A DNA stretch of 64,000 nt from Eledone cirrhosa (lineage: Eukaryota), in the NCBI GenBank assembly GCA_964016885.1, contig OZ024752.1:9114001-9178000 (forward strand). The letters run 5' to 3'. The position numbers and the translations under genes were made by a program. Position 1 is the first letter of the stretch; every line of letters begins with the position of its first letter. Positions 15,575 to 29,337 of the stretch are shown here, piece after piece. The notes under the pieces were generated by a model. It was not told where the DNA came from, ran no database searches, and saw only the letters and a list, made by a program, of their open reading frames with translations.

Positions 15575-16217
15575 CTGCTGACCGACGTAAGAATTTTACG
15601 CAGCCTTTTTATTCAGTTGAACTTCACTGTTATTGCCACGTTGCCAACCTTTTCGCAACTTATGAAAATATAAAGTGTTTATACCGTATTGACAAGGTAT
15701 ACAAACCAGCCAAAAATTTTTTCCAAGATGGCGTTGCTTTCCTTCCCCGTTTTGTAATTTTCCGCCAGGACAGGGACATTTTGGAATTGCGTGTGTGTTC
15801 CATATTTGATCAAGGGAAAGAAAAAAACTTTTTCGTGAACATTACTGCCCCGCAGGGGATATACATGCCTTACTTTTTTCTAAGGGATTTTTAGCCACAG
15901 GCTACCTATTGTTGATATCCAACGTGGATATATTCTAAAACAAACTTTTTTTTCTCTCTTTTTCATGGGTTATTTGATTTGGCTGGCTCGTTGAAGCAAC
16001 ACAAGGGGACAGACGATGGAGAAAAAAATTTTTTTAAAAAAATATTTATATGTATTTTATGTATTTTTCCTATTTCCTAATGTTTTGAATGTCTGTTTCT
16101 TTTTGACCTTTCATTTTTTTTCCATTTTGGGTGTTTGCTTTTCCCTGTGCGAGGGTACATTAATTGCTGTTTATATATATATATATATATATTTTTTTTA
16201 ATTTTAAACGTTTCAAA

Positions 16218-16982
16218 ATGAATACTCCACATTTGCCCGCCTTTACCGGAAACCCTAAGCTGTGGGTGGCCCAGCTACAGGCGTATTTTACGGTCTGTAA
16301 GACCGAGTCTGACCAGTGCCTCGCTGTCTTGATTAGCGGACTTCCCCCTAATCTAGCAGATTCGGTCCAAGACCTAATTACAGACCCCCCCCCCTCTGAC
16401 TTAACGTATGAGTCTTTGAAAGGCGAGATTTTGAGAAGGAACTGTAAGTCGGTAGAGAGTTGTTTTCGGTCATTGATCGAGGACGAACGATTAGGTGACA
16501 GGACCCCTACCGCTTTTCTCCGGCATTTGCGGGAATTGAGCGATTCCCAAGATCAGGATAGCCCTTTCCTGAAGCAATTGTTCTTCTCTCGCCTACCTCA
16601 AGAGGTACAGGCGATCCTAGCCCATATCCTAGACCACATTGCTGTCTCTGCTGACAAAATTGTAGAAGTGACGAAGAGAGACACTTCGAAGCCAAAGTAC
16701 GTTGCTTCCTCTTCTCTTCCTCAATCACGCTCATCAGCGAGTGATGAGAAATTAGTCACCACAATGGAAGCCATGACTCGTCAAATGGCGGAGTTGTGCC
16801 AGGGATTCAGGTCTTTTGGACGGCAGAGGAGCCGCTCACGATGTTATTCAACTCCTCGCCACCGTAGCCCTTCCAAAACACCAAAACCACCATATTGTTA
16901 TTACCATGACAAATATGGTGACAAAGCCGCCCGTTGTAGGCCCCCTTGTGCTTACATGGGAAACGACGACCAGAGTCACTAA
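16218..16982 (+). CDS. gag: Gypsy gag
   Basis: LPAF.GNPKLW..QLQAYF N-terminus, LGDRTPTAFLR, C-terminal CYYH...C...C knuckle; slippery G GGA AAC at 16958-16964 leading into the -1 pol frame. Confidence 0.9.
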   Translation: MNTPHLPAFTGNPKLWVAQLQAYFTVCKTESDQCLAVLISGLPPNLADSVQDLITDPPPSDLTYESLKGEILRRNCKSVESCFRSLIEDERLGDRTPTAFLRHLRELSDSQDQDSPFLKQLFFSRLPQEVQAILAHILDHIAVSADKIVEVTKRDTSKPKYVASSSLPQSRSSASDEKLVTTMEAMTRQMAELCQGFRSFGRQRSRSRCYSTPRHRSPSKTPKPPYCYYHDKYGDKAARCRPPCAYMGNDDQSH

Positions 16983-19722
16983 TGGCGGATAGTGTGCTCT
17001 GCGAAACATCATCCAACCGCCACTTTTTCAGTGAGGACCTCCTATCAGGTAGAGCCTTTCTGGTTGACACAGGTGCAGTTTGTTCAATATGGCCTGTGTG
17101 TTGTATGAAGGAGACTCCCCCTGAGACACCTATTGAGTTGCAGGCAGTAAATTGTTCGCCGATTCGAACCTTTGGACAAATCTCGCTACCTTTGCAGTTC
17201 CGTAACCTGCGGCGTGAATTTAAATGGATATTTACTGTCGCTGCCTTGCCGTATCCGATTCTAGGCGCGGATTTTCTCCACCATTTTTCATTGACGGTGG
17301 ACCTCCGTCGTAAACGCCTAATTGACGGCATCACTGGTTTAACTGTTGTTGGCAAGGCAGCAGCAGTTCCAACGGTTAGCCCGACCTTTTTTCTTGCTAA
17401 CACCGGTGATACTTACCATGCGTTGTTGAACTCGTTCCCGCAACTGACTTAGGGAAATTTTCGAGTTGATGAGCCAACTCATACCACGGAGCACTTCATA
17501 TCTACAACTGGTGCTCCCGTTTTTTCTCGTCCTCGTCGCTTGCCTCCAGACAAACTCAAAGCAGCACGATCAGAGTTTGATCATATGCTGCAGTTGGGGA
17601 TTATTCGTCCGTCCACGAGCCCGTGGGCGTCCCCATTACACATGGTACCGAAAGCGACTGGCGAATGGAGACCTACTGGAGATTATCGACGCCTAAATTC
17701 GATAACGGAACCGGACCGTTATCCTATCCCTCATCTGCAAGACTTTGCGTCTTCCTTGCAGGGATGCAAGATATTCTCCAAACTGGATTTAATTCGTGCG
17801 TACCATCAAATTCCTGTCCATAAAAATGACATTCCAAAAACGGCTATAGTTACGCCATTTGGGTCATTTGAGTTTTTGACCATGCCGTTCGGATTAAGGA
17901 ATGCCGCTAGTACGTTTCAGCGGTTTATGGATGAGGTTACTCGTGGCCTCGATTTCGTCTATACCTATATTGACGACCTGCTCATTGCTAGTTCTTCTCA
18001 AGAGCAACATACACACCATTTGAATCTTCTTTTCCGCCGATTGAAGACGTATAACGTGCAGATTAATGCACCCAAATGTGTTTTTGGTGCTGAGTCACTG
18101 ACTTTCTTGGGTCACGTCATCGACGCTGACGGTATTCGACCCCGGCCTGAGCGAGTTAAGGTCATAGAGGATTTGCCTCCACCGACCTCACTACGTCAGT
18201 TACGCCAGTTCTTAGGCCTGATTAACTTTTATAGGCGTTTCGTGCCAAATTGTGCAAGATTGCTTTTCTCCCTGACAGAAATTAAAAAAAATTGTCGGAA
18301 GAGGAACAAAGACATTTCTTTGACCGACACTCAACTTGCTGATTTTCAGCACGCCAAAACTGCTTTGGCTAATGCTTCATTACTGACTCACCCGGTACCC
18401 GGTGCAAAGCTAACGCTTTGTGTTGATGCATCGGATATCGCTGTGGGCGCAGTGCTACAGCAAAACATCAATGGTTACCAGCAACCGCTGGAGTTTTTTT
18501 CCAGAAAGCTGAAACCTGCTGAGACGCGCTACAGAACCTTTGGAAGAGAGCTTTTGGCCATCTATTTGGCCGTGAAACATTTTTCACATATGCTAGAGGG
18601 TAGACTATTTACTATCCTCACTGACCATAAACCATTGACTATTGCGTTGAGAGCGAAGGCTGATAAATACTCGCCCAGAGAGACGAGACACCTTGATTTC
18701 ATCTCGCAATATACGAATGATATCCAACACATTCCGGGTTTACTAAATACAGCGGCCGATGCCTTGTCCCGCTTACTCGTGACAGCGATCTCGTCATCCT
18801 CTGACATAGATCTGACTCGTTTGGCTGCGGATCAGCCTCCCCTTGAGTCATTGGATGTTACATTGCCCAAGTTTGCGAATTGCGAGATGAAATACTTGCC
18901 TCTGTCGACTGCAGTTGGCCAAATTCTCTGCAACGTCTCTTTGGACGTGCCTAGGCCCTTCGTTCCAGAGAATCATCGTCGGACCGTGTTTCTGGCATTA
19001 CATGGTTTCTCGCATCCAGGATCTTCTGCCACAGCAAAGCTCATATCAGCTAGATTTTTCTGGCCAAATATGAGGCGTGAAATTGCTGCTTGGTGCCGTT
19101 CCTGCTTCTCTTGCCAGAAATCAAAGGTCCATCGACACGTCAAGGCTCCCCTGGGTACCTTTACTAACCCAGATGCGCGTTTTTCGCACATCCATATTGA
19201 TATAGTGGGACCTTGGCCTGTCAGCGATGGTTATTCTTATCTGCTGACCATAATTGACCGTTTTTCGAGATAGCCTGAAGCCATCCCCTTGAAAAACATC
19301 ACCGCTGAGACAACAGCGCGTGCTCTTGTGTCTGGATGGATCTCTCGTTATGGAGTTCCATTCACAGTAACTACCGACCGTGGACGACAGTTCGAGTCGA
19401 GCCTTTTCCTCGAACTATCAAAATTAATTGGTGCTAAACGCATCAGAACTACGGCGTACCATCCCGCTTCGAATGGTATGGTAGAGCGTTTTCACCGACA
19501 ACTGAAGGCCTCCTTAATGGCTTCGGCGCATTGGAGCGAGTACCTCCCTATTGTGCTACTAGGGATTCGGTCAATGGTGAAGGTCGACTTTGGATTTTCA
19601 CCGGCTGAAGTACTGTACGGTGCCCCTCTGACGTTGCCCGGGCAAATGCTTGCCCCTATCGATCTTGATGCCCAAGATCACGCTTCCTACGTGTCCCGTT
19701 TGCGCTCCTATTTCCAGGATTT
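16946..19722 (+). pseudogene. pol: Gypsy pol (protease-RT-RNaseH-integrase), two in-frame TAG stops and a truncated integrase C-terminus
   Basis: LVDTGA, YIDD, DASD/RELLA, HHCC zinc finger and DDE core, all in one frame with stops at 17450-17452 and 19271-19273. Confidence 0.95.
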
Positions 19723-19880
19723 GAGGGGATATGAAGCAATGGCTGACACCTGTAGCTCACAAGAAAACTGTCACAACCCTGTGATGTAGATATGATGAGT
19801 TGAGTAAAGACCACCTCTAAAAAAGACTAGTCTTGACGGGTTTGAGAAAATACCAGATTATTGACTGGCATGAATAAGAC

Positions 19881-20344
19881 TGTAGTAAGACGCCTCACGC
19901 CTCCTGGTGGATAATGGAACAACCCTAGTTGTCTCCCCCTGGTGGAGAACACCAGAGGTAAACAGGGACAGCCACTGAAAAGCAGAGGGAACACACGCCA
20001 CAGAAAACAACCTCTGTACCACAAAACGATAAACAGCCAAGGGAACAGCAAACAGCAAACCCCACAATACCTTTGTAATTGTAATACGCTCCTTTCACCA
20101 CAACTGACCGCGTCTATATTTGGTATGTTCCATTTGTAATATAATAAACACATATAAACAAAATAAACATCACCATTATTTACAATTGTTGAATATAACT
20201 CTCGTTGTGGTTATTGTCTTGTTTACGCACACACCCACTCACTTTGTTATAATTCTCACTTACAAAAATGGTAAATAGACGAGGGACCTTCCCTCACGTC
20301 TATGTCGATAAACAATCCAACTAGGATACATTCATTTTACCACA
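19881..20344 (+). mobile_element. Second LTR copy, flanked on both sides by AGAC and preceded by host left flank (solo-LTR-like)
   Basis: 19723-19880 repeats host flank 14956-15113; AGAC TSD on both sides. Confidence 0.9.
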
Positions 20345-20625
20345 AGACCACCAAAACTGCAATATGGTGAGAGCTAAGAAAAAGAATCATACTGCATTGT
20401 CTTTCACATTGAATATCAAGGGATGTATTCAGGCCTTAGACAGTGGGGCATGTTCAAAGAATATATTAGTCTCCATTACATGCCGTGAAAACTGGTGATG
20501 TGTCTGCAACCTGTCCTGGGAGGAGTGGCATGGATGCACAAAGATTGTGTATCTCGAGACTCCAAAGAGTGTTTGAAATGGAGCAAACATTGACTGTTTG
20601 GTATTTAGTTTTTCAAATATATATA

Positions 20626-22177
20626 TACCTGGCATTCGTCGATCTTGAGAAAGCCTTTGAAAGAGTTCCACGTGCTGTAATGTGGTGGGCTCTTAGAAAA
20701 CTAGGAGTAGATGAAGGGCTTGTGAAAGCGGTACAGGCCATGTATAGGGGAGCAGTCAGCAAAGTTAGGATTAGCAATGAGTATAGCGAGGGATTTAGCG
20801 TACAGGTTGGGGTCAACCAGGGCTCTGTTCTTAGCCCCCTCCTGTTCATCATAGTCCTGCAGGCAATAACGGAGGAGTTTAAGACTGGATGCCCATGGGA
20901 ACTCCTGTATGCTGATGACCTCGCACTTATAGCTGAATCTATGGTAGAACTAGAGATGAAATTCCAAACTTGGAACCAGGGACTAGAAAGAAAGGGTCTC
21001 AAAGTCAACATGACAAAGACTAACGTCCTTGTAAGTAGACGAGATAACAGAGCCCAGATATCCTCAGGGAAATGGCCTTGCTCAGTATGTAGGAAAGGTG
21101 TATGTAGGAACTCCATTCTCTGCCCCAAATGCAAACAATGGGTACACAAGAGATGTAGCGGGATCTCAGGAAGCTTAATTAAGAATGTAGGCTTCACATG
21201 CAGCAGTTGTGCTGGGACAGCAAGCAGCAAACAGCCACAGGAAACAAGTACCACCAATATCTGGGAGGGCTCTGTAGAAACAGTAGACAGCTTCTGCTAC
21301 CTAGGTGACCGAATTAGCAGCGGAGGTGGGTGTTCAGAAAGTACAATAACTAAGGTAAGAACGGGATGGAAGAAGTTTAGGGAACTACTTCCACTGCTAG
21401 CTGCAAAAGGCTTCTCCTTCAAAATGAAAGGCAGACTGTATGATGCGTGTATCCGAACAGCGATGTTGCATGGTAGTGAGACCTGGGCGCTGAAGGTGGA
21501 AGACTTACGTAGATTAGAGAGAAACGAAGCCTGCATGCTCCGATGGATGTGTAATAGTAATATACGTGAACAACAAAGCATAAATGAATTGAGCGAGAGA
21601 CTGAGCATAAGAGGAATCAAATGCCGTGTGCAGGAGAGGCGGTTGCATTGGTATGGATATGTGATGCGTATGAAGGATGACAGCTGCATAAAAAGGTGCA
21701 GAGCACTAGAAGTCGATGGTAACCACGGAGTGGGGAGACCCAAGATGACCTGGGATGAGGTGATAAAAGCCGACCTTACCCAATTACACCTCTCAAAGGC
21801 GATGACACACGACTGTGAACTCTGGCGTCACGCAGTAATACAGAGTACCCGACCTCCCATGGGTACAAGCTGAAGCATATAGACAATATGCCCCCCCCCC
21901 CACTGCAAGTTGGTCGTGGAGGTGCCACGGCAAAAAAAGCACCCAGCCCACACTGTAAAGTGGATGTGTAGGCGCCACAAAAAAGCACCCAGCACTCACT
22001 GTAAATGAGGTTGGTGTTAGGAAGGGCATCCAGCTGTAGAAATCAAGCCAAAATCAGTTCTTGTATGAGCAAGGCATGGTCAGCCGACCAGACACTGCCC
22101 ACAACAGGACAACCCCTCTAACCTATGCTAGCCTGGAAGAACAGACGTAAAATGGTGATGATGATGATGATGATGAT
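20626..22177 (+). mobile_element. 5'-truncated RTE-clade LINE (RT, PHD-like finger, (GAT)n tail)
   Basis: FVDLEKAF, QGSVLSP, LYADD, LHGSETW motifs; (GAT)n 3' tail; empty site at ~39902-39913. Confidence 0.93.
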
Positions 22178-22679
22178 GCATAGCACAGAGATTAGAATAG
22201 CTACTGTTAGGGCCATTACTTCTCTGATAGTATGGACATGAGATCAGAATGTTAAAGTAAAGAATCATTCCACAGATTTTATAGGAAAAACCAACTGGCA
22301 GAACACCCAGTGGTAGACCCCAGAAACAAGATGTTTGGATGAGATTCATGAGCTCAACTAGTAATGCTTGGGGATCCAGCTGGATCAATTGAAAACATTT
22401 ACTTCTGACAGGATCCACTCGAAGGCATGCTTCAGGATTTGCCTCCATGACCCTCTCAGGAATAAGTTGAAGAAGAGGAAAATGAAGAAGAGAATTGAGA
22501 AGGTGATGGTGGTGGAGAGGAAGAAGAAGAAGAAGACAATTAGTTTGAGTCTCATTAGTTGTATCTTAGAAACAATTAATAGTAGGCTCAAAATAATACT
22601 CAACAGTCCATATACACAACAAATACTCAGCTTTTACATTCTCCAAGTGGTTAACTTATAGCTGTACTCCAGTAGTTCA

Positions 22680-23540
22680 TATAAAAAGAAAAATACCGCC
22701 TAGAATACCTGGAGAAAGTCACGTTTCTCCCAAAACTGTGCAGTGTTCTTCCAGCATCATAACTTTTGTAAATCTACTATTCAAAGTGTGAAGGGAGCCT
22801 CTCTATATAAAAGAGCTCTCAAAATTTTCTAGCTTCCCAAACAGCATTTAATTTGCCTGGTTTCTTGCTAAAATTATGGCTACCAATTTTTCAGAATTCT
22901 CATTTCCTCTACTCCTCAAACAATAGTTCTGTGAACAGCTCTCTCAAGGAGAAAGCCTTCACCTTTGCCGTCCACTTTGTATGCGGCTCCACCCTACACA
23001 TACATAGTGAATCTCCACTCTATCCCATATGAAACCCTGCCCTTCATTCATAAACACCAAATACCATGTTGCTTTGTTTCATAACAATAAGGCCACTGCC
23101 CCTGACAATGAATATGTTTCCCTTGTTCACCCTGACATACTAAACAACATCTAGAAAATAGCTACTCTGCTATTCAATTTAAAGTCACTCATTGACACAC
23201 TACAGCCTCAGATCCACAGACATGATGTCTTCCCTCTCTCTGTCTCTTATACCATTACTGCAATGATCTCTTCTCCTTGAAACTTGCTAGTTTCTTACCA
23301 CCTCAACACTTAATTCCCTTACCTCTCCTTGTTGTGTCCAGGCCTCACACTAACCACTACCCTCAGTCCTTCTTGCCCACAACATTTATATTATGGAACT
23401 CAACCTCTCTTCATGTCTTTCCAGATGGAGTAGACATGAACAATCTTAAACAAAACACCAATAGCATCAATCTCTTTGGTCCCTGAAGACCTGTTAAGGC
23501 CTTGGGAAATTCCCTTCTTACAGACCTACCAAGTAAAACA
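22680..23540 (+). mobile_element. Degenerate CR1/Jockey-like LINE relic, repeated in each duplication unit
   Basis: YPQSFLPTT..LWNS...HVFP resembles the C-terminus of CR1/Jockey-group RT ORFs. Confidence 0.5.
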
Positions 23541-25450
23541 ATAAATACTTACTTTTAGGAGTGTTTGGATCAGTAACATAAATATCCCTGGTAGCAGCAG
23601 AAACTTTATCTATAAGAGATGAAATGAAAAATGAGTATATGTACTGCTTGTGTTGCTTGATATCTAAGGGCTACAGGGAAATGAAGTGGGCATGATCATA
23701 TGGATGTGTGATGTTAATGTACATGATTGACAAAGCATGGACGAGTTGAGAAGAAAACTATGTATAAGAGTAATCAAATGGATGATGATCATTGAAGCAA
23801 GAAATGTTAAGAGAGACAAGAGGAAGAAAGATGCAGTAGAGGAAGACTGAGGAGGGCTTCGGTAGATGTGGGGAGATCTGATCTCAGCAGACTGAACCTC
23901 ACAGAAGAGATTATGAATGTATGATATAAAGTAGAAGGAAACTGTACTTGAAAGGACCCATGCAGCCCATGAAAGCATGAAAAAATAGATGTAAAAAGGT
24001 GATAATGATATATATATAAACAACATTCAATTTGGCTAAAATTATGTAATCTAAATAAACTCTGAAATATTGATAATTTTTTCACTGAATTTGTTTATTT
24101 GTTTAATTAAAATATTAAATGTTAAGTATATATACATAATATATAATATATTTATTTTGTCATTTGATAGGATCCATTACTAATTTTTCTTGAGAAGAGA
24201 TGATGTGGCAGATTGAAAGAAGAGAAAGCGAGAATGATTATTCTCATTTCCTCTACTCCTCAAACAATAGTTCTGTGAACAGCTCTCTCAAGGAGAAAGC
24301 CTTCACCTTTGCCGTCCACTTTGTATGCGGCTCCACCCTACACATACATAGTGAATCTCCACTCTATCCCATATGAAACCCTGCCCTTCATTCATAAACA
24401 CCAAATACCATGTTGCTTTGTTTCATAACAATAAGGCCACTGCCCCTGACAATGAATATGTTTCCCTTGTTCACCCTGACATCCTAAACAACATCTAGAA
24501 AATAGCTACTCTGCTATTCAATTTAAAGTCACTCATTGACACACTACAGCCTCAGATCCACAGACATGATGTCTTCCCTCTCTCAGTCTCTTATACCATT
24601 ACTGCAATGATCTCTTCTCCTTGAAACTTGCTAGTTTCTTACCACCTCAACACTTAATTCCCTTACCTCTCCTTGTTGTGTCCAGGCCTCACACTAACCA
24701 CTACCCTCAGTCCTTCTTGCCCACAACATTTATATTATGGAACTCAACCTCTCTTCATGTCTTTCCAGATGGAGTGGACATGAACAATCTTAAACAAAAC
24801 ACCAATAGCATCAATCTCTTTGGTCCCTGAAGACCTGTTAAGGCCTTGGGAAATTCCCTTCTTACAGACCTACCAAGTAAAACAATAAATACTTACTTTT
24901 AGGAGTGTTTGGATCAGTAACATAAATATCCCTGGTAGCAGCAGAAACTTTATCTATAAGAGATGAAATGAAAAATGAGTATATGTACTGCTTGTGTTGC
25001 TTGATATCTAAGGGCTACAGGGAAATGAAGTGGGCATGATCATATGGATGTGTGATGTTAATGTACATGATTGACAAAGCATGGACGAGTTGAGAAGAAA
25101 ACTATGTATAAGAGTAATCAAATGGATGATGATCATTGAAGCAAGAAATGTTAAGAGAGACAAGAGGAAGAAAGATGCAGTAGAGGAAGACTGAGGAGGG
25201 CTTCGGTAGATGTGGGGAGATCTGATCTCAGCAGACTGAACCTCACAGAAGAGATTATGAATGTATGATATAAAGTAGAATGAAACTGTACTTGAAAGGA
25301 CCTATACAGCCCATGAAAGCATGAAAAAATAGATGTAAAAAGGTGATAATGATATATATATAAACAACATTCAATTTGGCTAAAATTATGTAATCTAAAT
25401 AAACTCTGAAATATTGATAATTTTTTCACTGAATTTGTTTATTTGTTTAA
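22896..25450. repeat. Local tandem duplication, offset 1344 bp; first copy internally deleted
   Basis: ORFs 23277 and 24621 are identical in translation; junction gattattctcatttc at ~24240. Confidence 0.9.
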
Positions 25451-26012
25451 TTAAAATATTAAATGTTAAGTATTTTGAAAAATACTTGTTTTTAAAAATC
25501 AAAAATATATATTCTATTATCTTCTAACATATCAGAACCATCTGCTGTCCATCTTTCTTCATTCTAGCTATTAACAATTTACTGGTAAAAGATCAACAAC
25601 CATTTACTTCTGCTTCTCGTCTTTTTCTTCTTCTTCAATGCTTCCATTAATTTAATCATATTTTCTGGATCCATCTCCTTGACTTCCATTTTTTATAATA
25701 CATAATATATTTATTTTGTCATTTGATAGGATCCATTACTAATTTTTCTTGAGAAGAGATGATGTGGCAGATTGAAAGAAGAGAAAGCGAGAATGATTAT
25801 GTATTAGAATAGGTTCTAAAGAAAGGTTGAAAGTTATGAAGTTAAAGCAAAGTTACAAAGTAATATACTTTGATATGACAATGTGATGGGCAAGTATACT
25901 TAAGTGACTGAGTGAATTAGAAATAAATATTTATAAAATTAAATTATTATTCAACAAAAAAAAAAAATGGGGAAAACAAAAGTTATAAGATAAATAAGTC
26001 TTTAAATAATAC

Positions 26013-26048
26013 CTAGTTCCAAATAACCAATCGTATCATAGAACTCAT
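26013..26048 (-). CDS. 36-nt micro-exon, DEFYDTIGYLEL
   Basis: Acceptor taatatttcag, donor GTATTA, phase 1-1. Confidence 0.75.
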   Translation of the reverse strand: MSSMIRLVIWN

Positions 26049-27789
26049 CTGAAATATTAAGAATAAAAATATATATTATTGTATATTTTTTGAATTTCTT
26101 TTGAATATTGAAATTCCTTCAATGCGAAAATAATTAAATTTATGACTCAAAGTTAATAATATTATTTTTAATTTTAAGGGGCTTCTTAAAAAATAAAGTT
26201 GTTTGCAAGACAAATACATTCTAATCCTGAAGCACATATATGTTCCTCTTAAACAATTTTTATATGTATAGTATAGAGATGCAATAAATTGTATTTTCTA
26301 TTCTAAAGTATGACACACACACATATATATATAGAGAATGTGTGTGTTTATGTGTGTGTGTGTGCATGTGTGTTCTAAATAGAGAAAGAGTGAGGATGGA
26401 GAGTGACAAATAGACAAAAATATTTTCCAAGCCTAAAGAAGAAATCAGTTTGGTTATTATTCCTCTTCTTATTATTATTAGTGGTTTGGCAGGATTGGTA
26501 AAGCAACAGACACCATGTTTTGAGGTATAGAGTTATGGCCCTTTACGTTCTGAGTTCAAATCCCGTCGAGGTTAACTTTGCCTTTCATCCTTACAGGATG
26601 AATGGCACTGGGTAATTGCTGGCCTCGTGCCAAAAGTAGAAACAATTATTATTATTATTATTATTATTATCTACTTCTTTTTCTTCTTTTTCACCCACAT
26701 ATTCCTGGGATGGTCATGGGAGCAAAGTCCTAAAGCATGCCTTTGATACTCTTGGCATGCAGTTAGAATATCTCAAGAAAGAAACGCTGGACAGATTTTA
26801 TGGGCAAAACCAACCTTCTTCTTTGCTCACATATTTCTGAGGGAGTCATGGGGGAAGAGTTCTTAAACACTCCTTCGGGTGAGTCTGGTCAGAAGCAAGC
26901 ATTTCCAACAAATCTGGCTGGATCTCCAAGCACCACCCACTATGTTAATGCATTTTATCCAACCATCTCACTCGGGGTCTACTCTGGATCTTGTGCTGGT
27001 TGGTTTTGCCTATAAAATATGTCCAGCAATTCTTTCTTGAGACATTCTAACATGCCCAAAGTATTGAAGCTGTGATCTCTCAATCTAGAGAAATAACAGC
27101 TCTACCTGTAGTGCCTCTCTGATCTCTGAGCTATGCATTCTATTAAGTAACATTACTCAAAAGACCTTTCAGAGGAACCACATTTCGGCCCCTTGTTTTC
27201 ACAATCATATTCTTTCTCAGCAGAGCTGTTCTCCTAGAGAACAGGACCGCAGGTAGCAGATGGCGATAAGGTCACCAGAAACAATGGTTAGTTGCAATAT
27301 AATCTAGTAGCTGCCAGATGTACGAGCAAACCCGGACAAAGAGCGGTACATTACGAGGGGAGATGAAGCAATGGCTGACACCTGTAGCTCACAAGAAAAC
27401 TGTCACAACCCTGTGATGTAGATTTGATGAGGTGAGTAAAGACCACCTCTAAAAAAGACTAGTCTTGACGGGTTTGAGAAAATACCAGATTATTGACTGG
27501 CATGAGTAAGACCACCAAAACTGCAATATGGTGAGAGCTAAGAAAAAGAATCATACTGCATTGTCTTTCACATTGAATATCAAGGGATGTATTCAGGCCT
27601 TAGACAGTGGGGCATGTTCAAAGAATATATTAGTCTCCATTACATGCCGTGAAAACTGGTGATGTGTCTGCAACCTGTCCTGGGAGGAGTGGCATGGATG
27701 CACAAAGATTGTGTATCTCGAGACTCCAAAGAGTGTTTGAAATGGAGCAAACATTGACTGTTTGGTATTTAGTTTTTCAAATATATATA

Positions 27790-29337
27790 TACCTGGCATT
27801 CGTCGATCTTGAGAAAGCCTTTGACAGAGTTCCACGTGCTGTAATGTGGTGGGCTCTTAGAAAACTAGGAGTAGATGAAGGGCTTGTGAAAGCGGTACAA
27901 GCCATGTATAGGGGAGCAGTCAGCAAAGTTAGGATTAGCAATGAGTATAGCGAGGGATTTAGCGTACAGGTTGGGGTCCACCAGGGCTCTGTTTTTAGCC
28001 CCCTCCTGTTCATCATATTCCTGTAGGCAATAATGGAGGAGTTTAAGACCGGATACCCATGGGAACTCCTGTATGCTGATGACCTCGCACTTATAGCTGA
28101 ATCTATGGTAGAACTAGAGAAGAAATTCCAAACTTGGAACCAGGGACTAGAAAGAAAGGGTCTCAAAGTCAACATGACAAAGACTAACATCCTTGTAAGT
28201 AGACGAGAAAACAGAACCCAGATATCCTCAGGGAAATGGCCTTGCTCAGTTTGTAGGAAAGGTGTAGGTAGGAACTCCATTCTCTGCCCCAAATGCAAAC
28301 AATGGGTACACAAGAGATGTAGCGGGATCTCAGGAAGCTTAATTAAGAATGTAGGCTTCACATGCAGCAGCTGTGCTGGGACAGCAAGCAGCAAACAGCC
28401 ACAGGAAACAAGTACCACCAATATCTGGGAGGGCTCTGTAGAAACAGTAGACAGCTTCTGCTACCTAGGTGACCGAATTAGCAGCGGAGGTGGGTGTTCA
28501 GAAAGTACAATAACTAGGGTAAGAACGGGATGGAAGAAGTTTAGGGAACTACTTCCACTGCTAGCTGCAAAAGGCTTCTCCTTCAAAATGAAAGGCAGAC
28601 TGTATGATGCGTGTATCCGAACAGCGATGTTGCATGGTAGTGAGACCTGGGCGCTGAAGGTGGAAGACTTACGTAGATTAGAGAGAAACGAAGCCTGCAT
28701 GCTCCGATGGGTGTGTAATAGTAATATATGTGAACAACAAAGCATAAATGAATTGAGCGAGAGACTGAGCATAAGAGGAATCAAATGCTGTGTGCAGGAG
28801 AGGCGGTTGCGTTGGTATGGATATGTGATGCGTATGAAGGATGACAGCTGCATAAAAACTGCAGAGCACTAGAAGTCGATGGTAACCACGGCGTGGGGAG
28901 ACCCAAGATGACGTGGGATGAGGTGATAAAAGCCGACCTTACCCAATTACACCTCTCAAAGGCGATGACACACGACCGTGAACTCTGGCGTCACGCAGTA
29001 ATACAGAGTACCCGACCTCCCATGGGTACAAGCTGAAGCATATAGACAATATGCCCCCAGACCCCCCACTGCAAGGTGGTCGTGGAGGTGCCATGGCAAA
29101 AAAAGCACCCAGCCCACACTGTAAAGTGGACGTGTAGGCGCCACGAAAAAGCACCCAGCACTCACTGTAAATGAGGTTGGTGTTAGGAAGGGCATCCAGC
29201 TGTAGAAATCAAGCCAAAGTCAGTTCTTGTATGAGCATGGCATGGTCAGCCGACCAGATACTGCCCACAACAAGACAACCCCTCTAACCTATGCTAGCCT
29301 GGAAGAACAGACGTAAAATGGTGATGATGATGATGAT
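27790..29337 (+). mobile_element. RTE LINE, duplicated copy with stop and frameshift
   Basis: Paralog of 20626-22177 with the same insertion point. Confidence 0.93.

Noticed and set aside
20485-20625. N-terminal extension of the 462-aa RT ORF
   Set aside because: It is host flank read through into a 5'-truncated RTE; the same flank occurs at the empty site.
20613-21743. Long antisense ORFs over RTE copies (also 44111, 52816, 58354)
   Set aside because: Shadow ORFs opposite RT coding sequence with no independent evidence.
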